NCBI GenBank assembly: GCA_964467905.1
Contig: CAYXSY010000008.1
Location: 22-64,021 of the forward strand
DNA length: 64,000 nucleotides
Reading direction: 5' to 3'
From: an uncultured Planctomycetales bacterium
Lineage (GTDB): Bacteria > Omnitrophota > Gorgyraeia > Gygaellales > Profunditerraquicolaceae
Shown: piece after piece, positions 63,444 through 64,000 of the stretch
Position numbering within the stretch: the stretch's first letter is position 1
Layout: each line of letters begins with the position of its first letter
The notes under the pieces: generated by a model
Told to the model about the DNA's origin: nothing
Databases searched by the model: none
The model's input: the letters and a program-made list of their open reading frames with translations, nothing else
Position numbers and translations under genes: made by a program

Positions 63444-64000
63444 ATGAGCAAGTCAATTAAAGGTACAAAAACGGAAAAGAATCTTCTAGCGGCTTTTGCC
63501 GGAGAGTCACAGGCCCGCAACCGCTATACTTATTTTGCTTCTGCGGCGCGCAAGGAAGGATTCGAGCAGATAGCCAATATTTTTATTGAGACTGCGGAAA
63601 ACGAAAAAGAACACGCTAAGGTATTTTTTAAATATCTCGAGGGAGGCGATGTGGAAATTACCGCATCTTATCCGGCGGGGATGATTAAGGATACTAAAAC
63701 AAATCTTGAAGAGGCGGCTGCCGGGGAGAATATGGAGTGGAGCATGCTTTATTCTGATTTCGCAAAGATAGCCAAGGATGAGGGGTTTGCGGAAGTTGCG
63801 CGGTCTTTTGAGCAGATAGCTAAAGTAGAGAAATTCCATGAGTCGCGCTATAGGAAACTGATAAATAATATTGCTTCTTCAGAGGTATTTAAGAAAAAAC
63901 AACCGATTAAATGGCATTGTATTAATTGCGGTTATATTTTTGAAGGGGCTGAGGCGCCAAAAGAATGCCCTGCCTGTAAACATCCGCAGTCATTCTATGA
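63444..64000 (+). CDS. Rubrerythrin, 3'-truncated by window edge (not in ORF track)
   Basis: ACGGAGGG RBS. Frame is open from ATG 63444 to the window end. KNLLAAFAGESQARNRYTYFA, ENEKEHAK, AAAGENMEW, KVEKFHESRY (diiron four-helix bundle), then rubredoxin-like WHCINCGY...CPACKHP. Confidence 0.9.
   Translation, partial: MSKSIKGTKTEKNLLAAFAGESQARNRYTYFASAARKEGFEQIANIFIETAENEKEHAKVFFKYLEGGDVEITASYPAGMIKDTKTNLEEAAAGENMEWSMLYSDFAKIAKDEGFAEVARSFEQIAKVEKFHESRYRKLINNIASSEVFKKKQPIKWHCINCGYIFEGAEAPKECPACKHPQSFY

Noticed and set aside
63507-63839. 110-aa minus-strand ORF, the only track entry in this region
   Set aside because: It lies entirely antisense inside an unmistakable rubrerythrin reading frame on the + strand and has no motifs of its own.
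1-64000. Search for CRISPR arrays, tRNA/rRNA genes, IS elements, integrases, and phage or toxin-antitoxin/defence genes
   Set aside because: I found no spaced direct-repeat arrays. The intergenic regions hold no tRNA-like GTTCGAAT-type T-arm context. No transposase, integrase or recombinase motifs appear in any frame. The only nuclease-like gene is the truncated PD-(D/E)XK at the 5' edge, and its context is cut off.

Overview
AT-rich 64-kb window. Every gene I can support (about 65 CDS) lies on the + strand. I saw no rRNA, tRNA, CRISPR array, transposase or integrase. Gene content suggests a diderm, probably anaerobic and uncultivated bacterium: OMPs ending in Phe, TolC, porin, desulforedoxin, rubrerythrin and a hydrogenase-like complex. 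No database search was possible, so all family calls rest on motifs read from the translations.

Gene blocks in order:
(1) 1-2183: 5'-truncated PD-(D/E)XK nuclease, flavodoxin-ferredoxin fusion, secreted DUF4412-like protein.
(2) 2359-9319: six-gene Hyf/Hyc-like membrane complex. Its large subunit lacks the canonical NiFe cysteine ligands and the operon has no NuoI-type subunit (Ehr-like).
(3) 9463-12652: small transporter, FemAB/GNAT-like protein and three uncharacterised envelope proteins.
(4) 12924-14057: DNA-repair-type radical SAM gene behind a structured leader.
(5) 14094-17042: cold-shock block with a zinc-knuckle micro-ORF, DEAD-box helicase, two Csp genes and PlsC, carrying promoter-leader-terminator architectures.
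(6) 17127-25968: complete Pho regulon (phoBR, porin, pstSCAB, embedded arsC, phoU).
(7) 26077-32725: the most unusual locus. Three receiver-domain proteins (REC-YvcK/GlmR fusion, REC-sugar-nucleotide epimerase/dehydratase fusion, stand-alone REC) are translationally coupled to an OM beta-barrel, a membrane-anchored HEAT-repeat protein and a processive PgaC/IcaA/NodC-like GT2 synthase. I propose a phosphorelay-gated, synthase-dependent exopolysaccharide system.
(8) 32691-35741: exported MsrBA, a hypothetical protein, and an ArsP-like CxC permease flanked by two tiny Cys-rich proteins.
(9) 36012-56195: a 20-kb Wzx/Wzy-type polysaccharide locus. It has a Walker-A-defective Wzc-like protein, three tandem acetyltransferase paralogues, a TylF-like methyltransferase, a GH lipoprotein, manC, and rfbA/rfbB with an NRS/ER-like reductase but no rmlC.
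(10) 56357-62751: TolC-HlyD-ABC2 (YbhGFSR-like) efflux operon whose TolC ORF carries an in-frame N-terminal wHTH domain.
(11) 63303-64000: desulforedoxin and a 3'-truncated rubrerythrin, both absent from the ORF track.
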